DNA from: Candidatus Omnitrophota bacterium
Lineage (GTDB): Bacteria > Omnitrophota > Gorgyraeia > JAHJTE01
NCBI GenBank assembly: GCA_018830005.1
Contig: JAHJTE010000001.1
Coordinates: forward strand, 65,332-129,331
DNA: 64,000 bases
Direction: 5' to 3'
The position numbers and the translations under genes were made by a program. This document shows, one piece after another, positions 47,910 to 58,787 of this stretch. The notes under the pieces are model-generated. The model saw only the letters and a program-made list of their open reading frames with translations. It had not been told where the DNA came from and did not search any database. The first letter of the stretch is position 1, and the number at the start of each line of letters is the position of its first letter.

Positions 47910-48860
47910 ATGAACAAGAAAGTCATTAGTATATTGGCGATATTTCTGTTAATCTTATGGGTTAGCGACGTAAGTGCATTCTGGATTTGGACACCTGAGA
48001 CTCAACGCTGGATAAATCCCAAATATAGCGCTAAAGAGAATGCAAGATTGCAGCTAGAGGAAGTTCTCAAGTACTATAAGAGTGAGCAATATACTCTAAG
48101 TTTACGCGAGGCGAGAAAGTTAGTAAGTTATTTTCCGAGTGCGCGTGAGGCAGCTGAAGGTCAATTTTATGTTGGGGCAAGCCTTGAGAAATTGAATCAG
48201 TATTATGACGCCTATAAGGCATATCAGCTAGCAATAGAAAAGTATCCTTTTTCTGAAAGGATTATGGAAATGACGCAGCGTCAATACGAAATAGGAAATC
48301 TATTTCTTGAAGGAAAGGTAAAACATTCATGGAATAGTTTTTTAAGCGGCGATGAACCAGCAATAGAGATATTTTCTAGCGTAATCGAAAATGCCCCTTA
48401 TAGTGAATTTGCTGCCGCCAGTCAATATAAGTTAGGGCTTGCCCTGCTAAAGGACAAGCGTCTCTATGAAGCAAAAGAGGCATTTACTAAGGTCTTGGAT
48501 AATTATTCTAATAGCGAATGGCTTGAGGAAGCTGAATATCAGATCGCTGTAGTTACAGCCAAGATGTCAGGAGGCTTTGATTACGATCAGGCCGGCGCTT
48601 CTTCAGCCAGGAGGCAATTGGAAGATTTTATTAAAGAACATCCGGATACGCAATTGAAGACTGAGGCTAGTAAGAGGGTTGCTACTTTGAAAGAAGACGA
48701 AGCACAGGGCAATTTTAATACAGCCCACTTTTATGAAAAACAGAAGGCCTATAAAAGCGCTAAAATCTATTATCAATACGTTATTGCTAATCATCCTCAA
48801 AGTCCTTGGGCTAAGAAGGCAAAAGAGAGGCTGGCAGAAATCAAGGAGGAAAATGAGTAA
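47910..48860 (+). CDS. TPR-repeat protein, BamD/YfiO-like
   Basis: Signal peptide plus tandem TPR-like helices. No lipobox Cys, so the BamD assignment is tentative. Confidence 0.4.
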   Translation: MNKKVISILAIFLLILWVSDVSAFWIWTPETQRWINPKYSAKENARLQLEEVLKYYKSEQYTLSLREARKLVSYFPSAREAAEGQFYVGASLEKLNQYYDAYKAYQLAIEKYPFSERIMEMTQRQYEIGNLFLEGKVKHSWNSFLSGDEPAIEIFSSVIENAPYSEFAAASQYKLGLALLKDKRLYEAKEAFTKVLDNYSNSEWLEEAEYQIAVVTAKMSGGFDYDQAGASSARRQLEDFIKEHPDTQLKTEASKRVATLKEDEAQGNFNTAHFYEKQKAYKSAKIYYQYVIANHPQSPWAKKAKERLAEIKEENE

Positions 48861-49416
48861 AAGATTACGCCTTGTTGGGCCTATTAAATTTTTGTTCTTA
48901 TATCTTATTATTTTTGCGTTTGTCGGCTGCGGTTATACTACGCGCTCGAGTATTTATCCTGCTGGCACCACAATTGCCATAATGCCTTTCTTGAATAAAA
49001 TTAATATCGCTGATGAAAGGAGTGAATATCGTAGACTCGTAAATTATTTCCCACTCTTAGAGACAAAGGTAACGAATGCTGTTGTTGATCGTTTCCTGAT
49101 GGATGGAAATCTTAAAGTATCCCGCTTAGAAAACACGGATTTAATTCTGGAAGGCGAAATTCTAAGATATAAGCGCGATGCACTTCAATATACTGATAAT
49201 AATGAAGATGTTACAGAGTATCGCGTTACCCTTTTCTCAAATATAACATTAAAAGATAAGGCCAATGATAAGGTCGTCTTTCAAGAGAATAATTTCGCTG
49301 GTGAAGCTACCTATTATACTCAAGGTTCTTTAGCGAAAAGCGAGACTGTGGCAGTGGAAGATGCTGTTTCTGATCTTGCGCGCAGGATTGTAGAAAGAGT
49401 TGTAGAGGCATGGTAG
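48853..49416 (+). CDS. LptE-like lipoprotein
   Basis: Lipobox FVGCGY. About 190 aa. Lies immediately upstream of a holA-like gene, as in the proteobacterial leuS-lptE-holA order. Confidence 0.35.
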   Translation: MSKRLRLVGPIKFLFLYLIIFAFVGCGYTTRSSIYPAGTTIAIMPFLNKINIADERSEYRRLVNYFPLLETKVTNAVVDRFLMDGNLKVSRLENTDLILEGEILRYKRDALQYTDNNEDVTEYRVTLFSNITLKDKANDKVVFQENNFAGEATYYTQGSLAKSETVAVEDAVSDLARRIVERVVEAW

Positions 49417-50096
49417 ATAATGCTATTGTTTTTATTTCAGGGGATGATGTAACATTAAAAGATGACAAGATTACTTTACTGAAAAAAAAATTTACAACTT
49501 CTATTCCTGCAGTGGCAGAATTTAACACCGATGATATCAACTCGCAAGGGCTAACGGTTAATAGTTTGGGCCAGATACTTGCGCGTCTGCCTGTGGATTG
49601 CAAGAAGCGACTTTTAATCATCAGAGATGTAGACCATCTTCCTGAAAGGGTTTGCGCATATCTTCTTGACTTTATCAGGAATTCAAAAAACACCCCTCTT
49701 GAACTCATCCTATGTACAAGTCAAGATAAAAAGGCCTCCCACAACAAATTAATTACATATCTGGAAGAGTCAAAGACTGTTCAGAAAATACATTGTCGCA
49801 AGAAACGAGAAATGCGTGTTTTTGATTTGGCGCGTAATATCATCGATTATGGCAATACCCCTGGTTGCCTTTCTATATTACAACAATTGTTAATAGGCGG
49901 TACGCAGCCGCCTCAGGTTTTAGGAGGCCTATTCTGGTATTGGAATAATACCTTAGCTGATAAGGGATGCCGTAATTGGCAAGCGGATTTAGATTTATTT
50001 CTTGATACGGATTTGAAGATTAAAACGGGGAAGGTGTCTGCAGATCTTGCCTTAGAGCTATTGGTAGTTAGGCTTTGTCAGAAGGTGCATTCGTAA
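49410..50096 (+). CDS. holA: DNA polymerase III delta subunit-like (short)
   Basis: N-terminal (I)VFISGDD resembles the HolA YLLYGEE region. Synteny with the lptE-like gene. 228 aa is short for HolA. Confidence 0.35.
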   Translation: MVDNAIVFISGDDVTLKDDKITLLKKKFTTSIPAVAEFNTDDINSQGLTVNSLGQILARLPVDCKKRLLIIRDVDHLPERVCAYLLDFIRNSKNTPLELILCTSQDKKASHNKLITYLEESKTVQKIHCRKKREMRVFDLARNIIDYGNTPGCLSILQQLLIGGTQPPQVLGGLFWYWNNTLADKGCRNWQADLDLFLDTDLKIKTGKVSADLALELLVVRLCQKVHS

Positions 50097-50352
50097 CCAG
50101 GAGAAACTTTTTGTGGAGACGTCCTTTTCTACGCGAGGCCGTATTTTTGTGGATTATTCCCTGTGCGGCAGCCTTATCTAATTTGGCAAATGCCTCTTTT
50201 AAGGAAGCTAGTAATTCTTCCCTTTTTTTATCTTTTAGAAGCGCCTGAAATTTTTTTAAAGATTTTTTGAGATTGGTTTTTATCTTTATGTTACGTAGGC
50301 GCCTTTTTTTATCGGCTCGCAGCCTTTTTAGTCCAGCTTTTCTTTGTGGCAA
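50068..50352 (-). CDS. rpsT: 30S ribosomal protein S20
   Basis: GIIHKNTASRRKGRL and the basic N-terminus match S20. Divergent from murJ, as in E. coli. Confidence 0.8.
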   Translation of the reverse strand: MPQRKAGLKRLRADKKRRLRNIKIKTNLKKSLKKFQALLKDKKREELLASLKEAFAKLDKAAAQGIIHKNTASRRKGRLHKKFLLVTNAPSDKA

Positions 50353-50467
50353 TTCTTTTCACCTCTTATTAGGGATTTTAAAAAAGGTTTCATCCGAGAA
50401 AGCTTTATAAATCTAGTATGCTTTAAGGCTTTCTTCAGTTAAGCAAATATACCAAAAATTAAATTTT

Positions 50468-52060
50468 ATGTCAACTAATAATTTGCCATATCTTGAATCT
50501 CGTATTTTGCGCTCAGCCTCTGTTGTTGGCGCTGCTACATTTGTCTCCAGAATCACGGGTTTTTTCCGGGACGTAGTATTAGCGTATTTCTTCGGCACAG
50601 GTATTCAGATGCAGGCGTTTATTGTTGCTTTTCGCCTACCGAATCTATTACGTAATCTTATTGGAGAAGGCGCGACAAATACTACACTTGTTCCTGTATT
50701 CTCCAAATTGCTTTCTCAAGCTAAAAGAGAAGAATTCTTAAGATTAAGCCAATTTTTATTTAAACTTATGCTCACAAGCTTAGTGGGCATTGTTATTCTT
50801 AGCGAGATTGCTTCAGGTGCTCTAGTGCGGATTATTGCCCCTGGATTCTTGGATGAGCCTGAAAAGTTGTTTTTGGCAATAAAGATGTCCCGTATTACTT
50901 TTGTTTATATTTTGCTAATAGGTCTTGTGGCTTACAATACCTCCCTTCTTAATTCCATGAATAATTTTGCATCAAGCGCTATTGCCCCCATGTTGTTAAA
51001 TCTAAGCCTTATCATTGGTGCATTCGTATCTGTAAGAGTTATGGATGAACCTATTTTGGGCATTGCCTGGGCAGTTATTGTCGGAGGAATTCTGCAGTTT
51101 TCTTGTCAGCTGCCGTCGCTAGTGAGGAATCACATAACTCCTTGGAGTAATATTTTTCATTTTAAGATAGAACCTGAAGTCAAGCATGCTTCAGCCAGGG
51201 TTGGCCGACTCTTCTGGCCGCGGACTCTGGGGGCGGCAGTTTATCAGATAAATGTATTTATAGATACTATTATTGCTTCTTTGTCGTCCCTTGTCGGTCC
51301 GGGTGCAGTTGCGGCGATATATTACGCAAACCGCATAATACAGCTTCCTCTGGGAATATTTGCCTTTGCTCTTTCTAGTGCCTTGCTTCCGCGTTTTTCT
51401 GCTTTTGTAGCTCTCAATGAAAAGGACAAATTAGCTAAAAGCTTTGTTTTTTCTATGAATATGATAACAGTTATTATGCTGCCAATTAGCTTCTTTCTTA
51501 TCCTCCTGTCCAGGCCGATAACAACAGCAATATTTCAGCGCGGAGAGTTTGGTATAGCTTCAAGCCAAATAACATCTTTGGCCCTATTGTTTTATTCTCT
51601 GGGTCTATACTTTTTTGCTGCGGTAAAAATTACACTTGCCTGTTTCTATGCCTTAGAAGATACAAGAAGGCCGGTTAAGATTGCTGCCTTCTGTTTGGTC
51701 CTAAATCTAATATTAAACATTATTCTAGCCATTCCCTTAAAGATTGGAGGCCTTGCCCTTGCTAGTTCTATTTCTGCAGCGATAAATTTAATTCTTTTGT
51801 GTAGATTCTTAAAGGGGCACATTCCATCTCTTAAATACGGGGAGATCTTTGGCCTACCTTTTTTGAGAATATTTGCCTGCGCGCTATTTATGATATTTTG
51901 CATTAATTGGACGTGGCAGCATTTATTCATCTGTCATGTACTTTTTATCCGCCTAATATTCAATTTGATTTTAGCTGCCTTTATTTATTTAGCCGCAGGC
52001 TTGTTATTTAAAATCAATGAGATAAAGCAGGCCCTCCTATGGATATTAAGAAAAGATTAA
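50468..52060 (+). CDS. murJ: lipid II flippase MurJ
   Basis: VSRITGFFRDVVLAYFFG N-terminal motif. 14 TM. 530 aa. Confidence 0.85.
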   Translation: MSTNNLPYLESRILRSASVVGAATFVSRITGFFRDVVLAYFFGTGIQMQAFIVAFRLPNLLRNLIGEGATNTTLVPVFSKLLSQAKREEFLRLSQFLFKLMLTSLVGIVILSEIASGALVRIIAPGFLDEPEKLFLAIKMSRITFVYILLIGLVAYNTSLLNSMNNFASSAIAPMLLNLSLIIGAFVSVRVMDEPILGIAWAVIVGGILQFSCQLPSLVRNHITPWSNIFHFKIEPEVKHASARVGRLFWPRTLGAAVYQINVFIDTIIASLSSLVGPGAVAAIYYANRIIQLPLGIFAFALSSALLPRFSAFVALNEKDKLAKSFVFSMNMITVIMLPISFFLILLSRPITTAIFQRGEFGIASSQITSLALLFYSLGLYFFAAVKITLACFYALEDTRRPVKIAAFCLVLNLILNIILAIPLKIGGLALASSISAAINLILLCRFLKGHIPSLKYGEIFGLPFLRIFACALFMIFCINWTWQHLFICHVLFIRLIFNLILAAFIYLAAGLLFKINEIKQALLWILRKD

Positions 52061-53292
52061 AATCTATTCCTGATGCAGCTGGCGTCTACATTATGAAAGA
52101 TAGTAATTCAGATATACTCTATGTTGGCAAGGCCACGTCTTTAAACAAGCGCATAACATCTTACTTTTATAGAAAAAAAGATTTAGAGCCTAAGATTCAG
52201 ATTATGCTGGGAAGGCTTTCGACTATTGATATTAAGGAGTGTAACAGTGAAGCAGAGGCCTTGATTCTAGAATCTGAACTTATAAAGAAACTGCATCCAA
52301 AATATAATACGATTGGAAAAGACGATAAGAGTTTTCCCTGGGTGAAAATTACAAAGGAGGACTTCCCTAGAGTTCTGTTCACAAGGCCCAAAACAGGCGA
52401 GGATGCTATTCTCATCGGTCCTTTTACCAGCTCCTGCACCTTAAAGTCAGTATTAAAGACTATCAGAAATATATTTCCGTTTCGGACTTGCTCTCAGATG
52501 CATAAAAAACCATGTTTGAATTATTCTTTGGGGCTTTGTCCTGCTCCTTGTATCTTTAAGATTAGTAAGAAAGATTATCAGCGTCATATTAGACGTATAC
52601 GTCAAATTCTAGAGGGTAAAACAAGGACCATCCTAAAGGATCTTTCAGTAAGGATGCATACACTTTCGCAAAAACAGAGATTTGAAGAGGCAGGATTGAT
52701 TCGCGATCAAATCCAGGCCTTAGAGTCTTTGTGGAAGAATGAGCCGCAATTAGGTAAAATCAATGTCCTCTGGCAGTTGAAAAGCGCCCTAGCCCTAAAA
52801 CGTCTTCCTTTAAGGATTGAAGGCTTTGATATCTCGAATATCTCTGGAGATTATAACGTTGGTTCTTTAGTTTCCTTTTATAAGACTCAACCTGATAAGA
52901 GTCAATATCGGCGTTATAGAGTTAAGACTGTTTCTGGGGCAAATGACTACGAGAGTATTTTAGAAATAGTAAGGCGTAGATTTTCCAGGATAAAAGAGGA
53001 TAATCTAAAGAGGCCGGATCTGTTTATTGTTGACGGCGGCAAGGGACAGGTCTCAGCATTAAAGAAGGCATTGATTGAGCAAGGTCTTGATATTGCTGTT
53101 ATTGGCATTGCAAAGAGGAAAGAGCATATATTTATGCCGGGGAAAAAAGAATTTCTCGTTCTGAATCCACATTCTCCTGCTCTACATTTAATACAGCAGG
53201 TTCGCAACGAGGCACATCGTTTTGCGCTTAAATATCACCGGCTACTACGTAAAAAAAATATGCTAAAATCAAAGATAAAAGATGAAAAATAA
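52039..53292 (+). CDS. uvrC: UvrC-family excinuclease, compact form lacking the C-terminal (HhH)2 domain
   Basis: GIY-YIG (GVYIMKD...LYVGKA), Cys-rich region, UvrBC-interaction helix, RNase H-like endonuclease domain (IEGFDISN...DGGKGQ...AHRFA). Ends at 417 aa. Confidence 0.7.
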   Translation: MDIKKRLKSIPDAAGVYIMKDSNSDILYVGKATSLNKRITSYFYRKKDLEPKIQIMLGRLSTIDIKECNSEAEALILESELIKKLHPKYNTIGKDDKSFPWVKITKEDFPRVLFTRPKTGEDAILIGPFTSSCTLKSVLKTIRNIFPFRTCSQMHKKPCLNYSLGLCPAPCIFKISKKDYQRHIRRIRQILEGKTRTILKDLSVRMHTLSQKQRFEEAGLIRDQIQALESLWKNEPQLGKINVLWQLKSALALKRLPLRIEGFDISNISGDYNVGSLVSFYKTQPDKSQYRRYRVKTVSGANDYESILEIVRRRFSRIKEDNLKRPDLFIVDGGKGQVSALKKALIEQGLDIAVIGIAKRKEHIFMPGKKEFLVLNPHSPALHLIQQVRNEAHRFALKYHRLLRKKNMLKSKIKDEK

Positions 53293-53668
53293 ACACAAGA
53301 AAAAGAAAATTGGTGATAAAATAGATTTAGGAGACCCTTTTAGTAAGGTTCTAAGCGGGCTAACAGAGTTTAGCAAAGGAGTCTTAAGGGCAACTTATAA
53401 AATACCACTGGGTCAGACACGTAGTTATCAGTGGGTTGCTTCTAAAATAGGCAGGCCCAAGGCATGTCGTGCTGTTGGAGCAGCCTTAAAGAAAAATCCA
53501 TACCCATTATTAATTCCTTGCCATAGGGTAGTGAGGATTAATGGAGAGATTGGCGGGTATTCAAGAGGCATAAGAAAAAAGAAAGATCTGTTAGCGATTG
53601 AAAAAGAAATAGCAGAAATTTTAAAGAAGAAGAAAGGCAATCCAAGGAGTAAGAAATGGCCAAGATGA
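53282..53668 (+). CDS. ogt: methylated-DNA--protein-cysteine methyltransferase, DNA-binding/active-site domain only
   Basis: PCHRVV active-site motif retained, helix-turn-helix region, Lys-rich N- and C-terminal tails. Confidence 0.7.
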   Translation: MKNKHKKKKIGDKIDLGDPFSKVLSGLTEFSKGVLRATYKIPLGQTRSYQWVASKIGRPKACRAVGAALKKNPYPLLIPCHRVVRINGEIGGYSRGIRKKKDLLAIEKEIAEILKKKKGNPRSKKWPR

Positions 53669-54729
53669 AAGATCTATTTAAGCAGATGGTGGAAAAAGAC
53701 GCATCAGATTTAATACTGCGTGCTGGTTCGCAATGCTGGATGAGGATTCATTCAAGGCTGGAAAAAGTAGGAGAACAAGTGCTCTCTGTTGAGGATTTGA
53801 TGCGCATGGTAAATGAGATTATTAATGATGAACAGCGCAAACAGTTTAATAAGACAAGAAACGTAGATTTTGCTGTATATTTCGAAGACCTAGGTCGTTT
53901 TCGGGCAAGTCTGTTTGTACAGAGAAATTCTCCTGCGATTGTTGTCAGACGAGTGCGTAGAGACCTGCAGACCTTTGAGGAATTGAATTTGCCAGCAGAT
54001 ATTTTAAAAAAATTGTCCCTGGAGAAAAGAGGCATGGTCTTCTTAACCGGAGCTGCCGGAAGCGGTAAATCCACTACGATTGCCAGTATGATTGAGCATA
54101 TGAATCAAAATATAAGTAGACATGTTATTACCTTAGAGGAGCCTATTGAGTTTACATTTGAAGATAAGAGATCGATAATAAACCAGAGAGAGCTGGGTTT
54201 GGATGTTGATTCCTATGCAGATGCCCTAAAGCATTTTACTTATCAGAGCCCGGACGTTATCTTTATCGGTAATATCCGTGACTTAGAGACTATGAGTGCT
54301 GCCCTTACTGCTGCTGAGACAGGTGTCTTGGTTTTAAGCACACTTCATACTGTTAATGCGGCCCAAACAATTGAGCGGATAATTAATTTTTTCCCTCCGC
54401 ACCAACATCTAGAGGTAAGGGTACAGCTATCTATGTTATTGAAGGGCGTTATATCTTTAAGACTTATTCCGAGAAAGGACAGACCGGGTTGTATTCCAGC
54501 TTATGAGACAATGCTGCTTACTCCTACAATTTCGCGATTGATTCGAGAAGGAAAGATTTGGGAGATTACTTCCTTCTTATACGAGGGAGAAATATTTGGC
54601 ATGCAGACATTCCGTCAATCTATTGTAAAGCTGATTCGTAATGACAGTATTACAATTGAGGATGGAATGGAATTCTGCGACAACAAGGATGAATTAGAGC
54701 TTGATTTAAAAGGGATAAAGAGGCTATAA
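53656..54729 (+). CDS. pilT: type IV pilus retraction ATPase PilT
   Basis: Walker A GAAGSGKST. PilT N-terminal signature (DLILRAGS...). 357 aa. Confidence 0.85.
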   Translation: MAKMKDLFKQMVEKDASDLILRAGSQCWMRIHSRLEKVGEQVLSVEDLMRMVNEIINDEQRKQFNKTRNVDFAVYFEDLGRFRASLFVQRNSPAIVVRRVRRDLQTFEELNLPADILKKLSLEKRGMVFLTGAAGSGKSTTIASMIEHMNQNISRHVITLEEPIEFTFEDKRSIINQRELGLDVDSYADALKHFTYQSPDVIFIGNIRDLETMSAALTAAETGVLVLSTLHTVNAAQTIERIINFFPPHQHLEVRVQLSMLLKGVISLRLIPRKDRPGCIPAYETMLLTPTISRLIREGKIWEITSFLYEGEIFGMQTFRQSIVKLIRNDSITIEDGMEFCDNKDELELDLKGIKRL

Positions 54730-54744
54730 AGTTTGCCTTAAGTC

Positions 54745-54780
54745 AGTCGTTGAGACTCAACGTACGACAGGCGTTTTTGG
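54745..54780 (+). terminator. weak terminator-like hairpin after pilT
   Basis: CGTTGAG-A-CTCAACG inverted repeat, then ...GGCGTTTTTGG. The T-run is 9 nt from the stem, so the call is weak. Confidence 0.3.
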
Positions 54781-54816
54781 CTTTTGTTATATTATGCAAT
54801 CGAAGGGAGAATATTT

Positions 54817-55933
54817 ATGCAGGAAGAATTAAATATCCACATCAATGAATTAAGGAACCGCTTAGAACATTTAAGAGGTTATCTTTGACATAGATAATAA
54901 GCGAAAGGGCATTTCCCAGATTGAGGCTCAGATGAGCGAGCCTGATTTCTGGTCCGATATTAACCTGGCAAATAAAAAGACGTCTGAGCTTAAGGATTTA
55001 AAGTCTTCTGTTCGGCTTTGGTCAGAGATTAATGTTAAGCTGGAAGAATTAGATGAATTATTGCATGCCAGTACTTGTAATGATGTAGCGTTGATAGAAG
55101 AGATAAAGAATGAAGCGGCCAAGTTGGATGAAGAGTTGAATGCCTTGGAATTCAGGACGCTTTTTTCAGGCAGGTTTGATAAAAACAACGCAATAGTTAA
55201 CATCAACGCCGGCGCTGGTGGTACGGAATCTTGTGATTGGACCTCAATGCTTTATAGGATGTATACCCGCTGGGCAGAAAACAAAGGTTTTACTGCTAAG
55301 ATTATTGATGTCTTAGCAGGTGAAGAGGCAGGTATAAAAAACGTTACATTCTCGGTTAAAGGTGAATATGCCTATGGATATTTGAGATCAGAAAAAGGCG
55401 TGCATCGCCTGGTACGAATCTCTCCTTTTGATGCAAATAAGCGTCGACATACCTCTTTTGCCTCCGTAGGCGTTATCCCAGAAGTCCAAGATGATGTAGA
55501 CATACAGATAAATATAGCTGATTTACGCATTGATACTTATCGTTCTTCCGGGGCCGGGGGTCAGCATGTCAATGTTACAGACTCTGCAGTCAGGATAACA
55601 CACCTTCCTACAGGCATAGTAGTGCAGTGTCAGAACGAGCGTAGTCAGTATCAGAATAAGGCTGTGGCTATGAGGATTTTGCGCGCTCGGCTGTATGAAA
55701 AATCACTAGAAGAGCGGCAGCAGGAGATATCAGCAGAGCACGCACAAAAGAAAAAGATAGAATGGGGAAGCCAGATACGTTCCTATGTAATGCATCCTTA
55801 TTCTCTTGTAAAAGACCATAGGACCGAATTTGAAATGGGAAATGTTAACGCTGTATTGAACGGTGAAGTAGATAAATTCATTGAGCAATTTTTAAAATAT
55901 AAGGCGAGCAAAAGTGATGGGAATATTATCTAA
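54817..55933 (+). CDS. prfB: peptide chain release factor 2, with a programmed +1 frameshift at codon 24 (CTT TGA C at 54883-54889)
   Basis: Frame 0 is [23 protein letters not shown] followed by a TGA stop. SD-like AGAGG sits 3 nt upstream of CTT. The +1 frame continues ...DIDNKRKG... into the 54932 ORF with SPF and GGQ (SGAGGQHVN) motifs. Confidence 0.85.
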
Positions 55934-58787
55934 ATTATTCAAGACGTCTAATGAGCGTGAGCTTAATACATTATGGCCGATCGCCAGCCAGGTAAACGCA
56001 AAAGAATCTTTTTATCAAAGGCTTTCGGATAAGGAACTGGCTGCTAAGACAGATGAGTTTCGGCCTCAAATAAAGGAAAGATATAAATCAGTCTCTTCTG
56101 GAATTGTAGATCTGCAGGCAAGGATTGCTACTGCCACCTCCTCTGAAGAAAAGGACAAACTAAGGCTAAGGCTAAAGGATTTAAATAATAGTGTATTTAG
56201 CGAGCATCTCGCAGATAGCTTTGCTGTTGTCAGGGAGGCAGCTCGTCGCGCGATTGGGATGAGACATTTTGATGTTCAGATCTTAGGAGGCATTGTTTTG
56301 CATCAGGGAAAGATTGCGGAGATGGTAACAGGAGAGGGCAAGACTTTAGTGGCAACACTGGCTGCTTATCTGAATGCCTTAGCAGGCAGGGGTGTACACA
56401 TTGTTACTGTTAATGATTATCTTGCGCGTCGTGATCGTGACTGGATGGGGCCAGTCTTTGAATTTTTAGGACTTTCTGTCGGCGTTATCCAGCATGATAT
56501 GAGCCCGCAACAGCGTCGCATAGCTTATTCATGCGATATTACTTATGGCACTAATAATGAATTCGGCTTTGATTATCTGCGGGATAATATGGTTATTGAT
56601 AAGCAGGATATGGTTCAGCGGCCATTCTGTTTTGCCATTCTTGATGAAGTAGATTCTATCCTCGTTGATGAGGCCAGGACGCCTTTAATCATATCTGGTC
56701 CAGCAGAGGAATCAACAGAAAAATATTATCAAATAGATAGAATCGTCCCTAAATTGAAGGGAAGAATAATTACGCAAAAAGACGAACTTGATGCAAAATT
56801 TAAAGGAACAGATTTAAATGAGGGGTTTGATTATATTGTTGATGAAAAATTACATACAGCGGCCTTAACCGAAGAAGGAGTAGCAAAAAGCGAAAAATTA
56901 TTAGGCGTTAAAAACCTTTATGATGATATAGCAGGCATGTGGGTGCACCATATAACTTGCGCCTTGAAAGCGCACAATTTGTTTAAGCGCGATGTGCATT
57001 ATGTACTTAAAGAAGGCAAGGTTATAATTGTTGATGAATTTACAGGAAGGCTTATGCCTGGTAGGCGTTGGTCTGATGGTCTGCATCAGGCAGTAGAGGC
57101 AAAAGAAGATGTAAAAATCGAAAGGGAGAACCAAACCTTAGCCACCATTACATTCCAAAACTACTTCCGGATGTATGAGAAGTTAGCAGGTATGACAGGT
57201 ACGGCCATGACAGAGGCGCAGGAGTTTAAACATATTTATGGTCTGGATGTTGTCTCTGTGCCGACTAATCAACCCCTGATTCGCGAAAGCTTACCAGATG
57301 CAGTTTTCAAAAGCCAGGAAGAAAAATTTAATGCTGTTGTCGAAGAGATAACCAATCTTTATAATCTGGGGCGGCCGGTTTTGGTGGGTACCATCTCTAT
57401 AGAAAGAAGCGAGGCCTTATCTGATATGCTCAAAAAGTGTGGAGTCCAACATCAGGTGCTTAATGCTAAATATCATGAATTTGAAGCGCAGATTATTGCC
57501 CAGGCCGGTAGATTAAAGACAATTACAATTGCCACAAATATGGCTGGTCGCGGCACGGATATAATCCTGGGAGGAAATCCTGAATATATTGCCAAGGCAA
57601 TGACAAATGAAAAAAATATCGAGGATAGAGAGTTCTTTTTAAAGGAATATGAAAGGCTTCTAGAAGAATTTAAGAAAAAAACAGATGCTGAACATGAAAA
57701 GGTAGTTGCCTTAGGGGGCTTACATGTTATCGGCACAGAGCGTCACGAGGCAAGAAGAATTGATAATCAGCTGCGTGGTAGAAGCGGCAGACAAGGAGAT
57801 CCTGGTTCGAGTAGATTTTATGTATCATTCGAAGATGACCTGATGCGGCTATTCGGATCTGACCGCATGATTAATGTAATGAATACGCTGGGGTTGGAAA
57901 AGGGTCAGGCGATTGAACATCCTTGGGTTAGTAAGTCTATTGAGGTAGCCCAAAAGAGAGTAGAAAATCATAACTTTGAGATTCGTAAACAGATTTTAGA
58001 ATATGATAATGCAATGAACAGACAGCGCGAGGTTATATATCAGCAACGCAGAATGGTTTTAGAAGGCGAAAGTCTAAGAGAAGAATATTTCTCAATGATT
58101 GATGCTAATTTAGAAAGCGGTCTTTCTCTTTATCTGAATAGCGCAAGTCCGGGAGAAGTTGATTTAGGAGGTTGTCAAAACTGGTTAAAAACTAAATTTG
58201 GATTAAGACTAGAATTAGATGAGTCTAAGATTCTATCGGAATCGCAAGATTCTTTACGCGAGGATTTATTTAAACGTGTAGTGAAACTTTACCAGGAGAA
58301 AGAAAACAATCTAGGGCAAGAGATGATGTGTTATCTAGAGAGGATGATACTACTGCAGATCATAGATGCTAAGTGGAAAGACCATCTTCTGAATATGGAT
58401 GCGCTTAAAGAGGGTATAGGACTGCGTGCTTACGGCCAGCGTGATCCCTTGATTGAATATCAACGTGAGGCGTTTAATATGTTCCAGGAGATGATCGAGC
58501 AGATAAAACAGGAGGCAGTAGAGTTTATTTTGAAGGTTCAGGCGCCGACACAACAGAGGGTGCGCGGGGTATTTAGCTCTTTGCCTCAGGAATTAATTCA
58601 TGAACAGAGATCGTCTTTGAATGCTGACCCAGCAGGGGTTTCTCCAGTTAAGCAGGATTTAACTCAAGCCAAGCCACAGCCTAAGATTACAGATAAGAAG
58701 GTTGGTCGTAATGATCCTTGTCCCTGTGGCGCAATTGATCCGGCTACTAATAAGCCAATTAAATATAAGAAATGCCATGGTAAATGA
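55914..58787 (+). CDS. secA: preprotein translocase ATPase SecA
   Basis: DEAD-like motor (TGEGKT, DEVDSIL) and a C-terminal zinc-finger CPCG...KKCHGK. Start is GTG 55914 or ATG 55917, overlapping the prfB stop. Confidence 0.9.
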   Translation: MMGILSKLFKTSNERELNTLWPIASQVNAKESFYQRLSDKELAAKTDEFRPQIKERYKSVSSGIVDLQARIATATSSEEKDKLRLRLKDLNNSVFSEHLADSFAVVREAARRAIGMRHFDVQILGGIVLHQGKIAEMVTGEGKTLVATLAAYLNALAGRGVHIVTVNDYLARRDRDWMGPVFEFLGLSVGVIQHDMSPQQRRIAYSCDITYGTNNEFGFDYLRDNMVIDKQDMVQRPFCFAILDEVDSILVDEARTPLIISGPAEESTEKYYQIDRIVPKLKGRIITQKDELDAKFKGTDLNEGFDYIVDEKLHTAALTEEGVAKSEKLLGVKNLYDDIAGMWVHHITCALKAHNLFKRDVHYVLKEGKVIIVDEFTGRLMPGRRWSDGLHQAVEAKEDVKIERENQTLATITFQNYFRMYEKLAGMTGTAMTEAQEFKHIYGLDVVSVPTNQPLIRESLPDAVFKSQEEKFNAVVEEITNLYNLGRPVLVGTISIERSEALSDMLKKCGVQHQVLNAKYHEFEAQIIAQAGRLKTITIATNMAGRGTDIILGGNPEYIAKAMTNEKNIEDREFFLKEYERLLEEFKKKTDAEHEKVVALGGLHVIGTERHEARRIDNQLRGRSGRQGDPGSSRFYVSFEDDLMRLFGSDRMINVMNTLGLEKGQAIEHPWVSKSIEVAQKRVENHNFEIRKQILEYDNAMNRQREVIYQQRRMVLEGESLREEYFSMIDANLESGLSLYLNSASPGEVDLGGCQNWLKTKFGLRLELDESKILSESQDSLREDLFKRVVKLYQEKENNLGQEMMCYLERMILLQIIDAKWKDHLLNMDALKEGIGLRAYGQRDPLIEYQREAFNMFQEMIEQIKQEAVEFILKVQAPTQQRVRGVFSSLPQELIHEQRSSLNADPAGVSPVKQDLTQAKPQPKITDKKVGRNDPCPCGAIDPATNKPIKYKKCHGK

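Noticed and set aside
54928-55206. 92 aa minus-strand ORF overlapping the start of the prfB body
   Set aside because: This region is explained by the frameshifted prfB, and the ORF is antisense.
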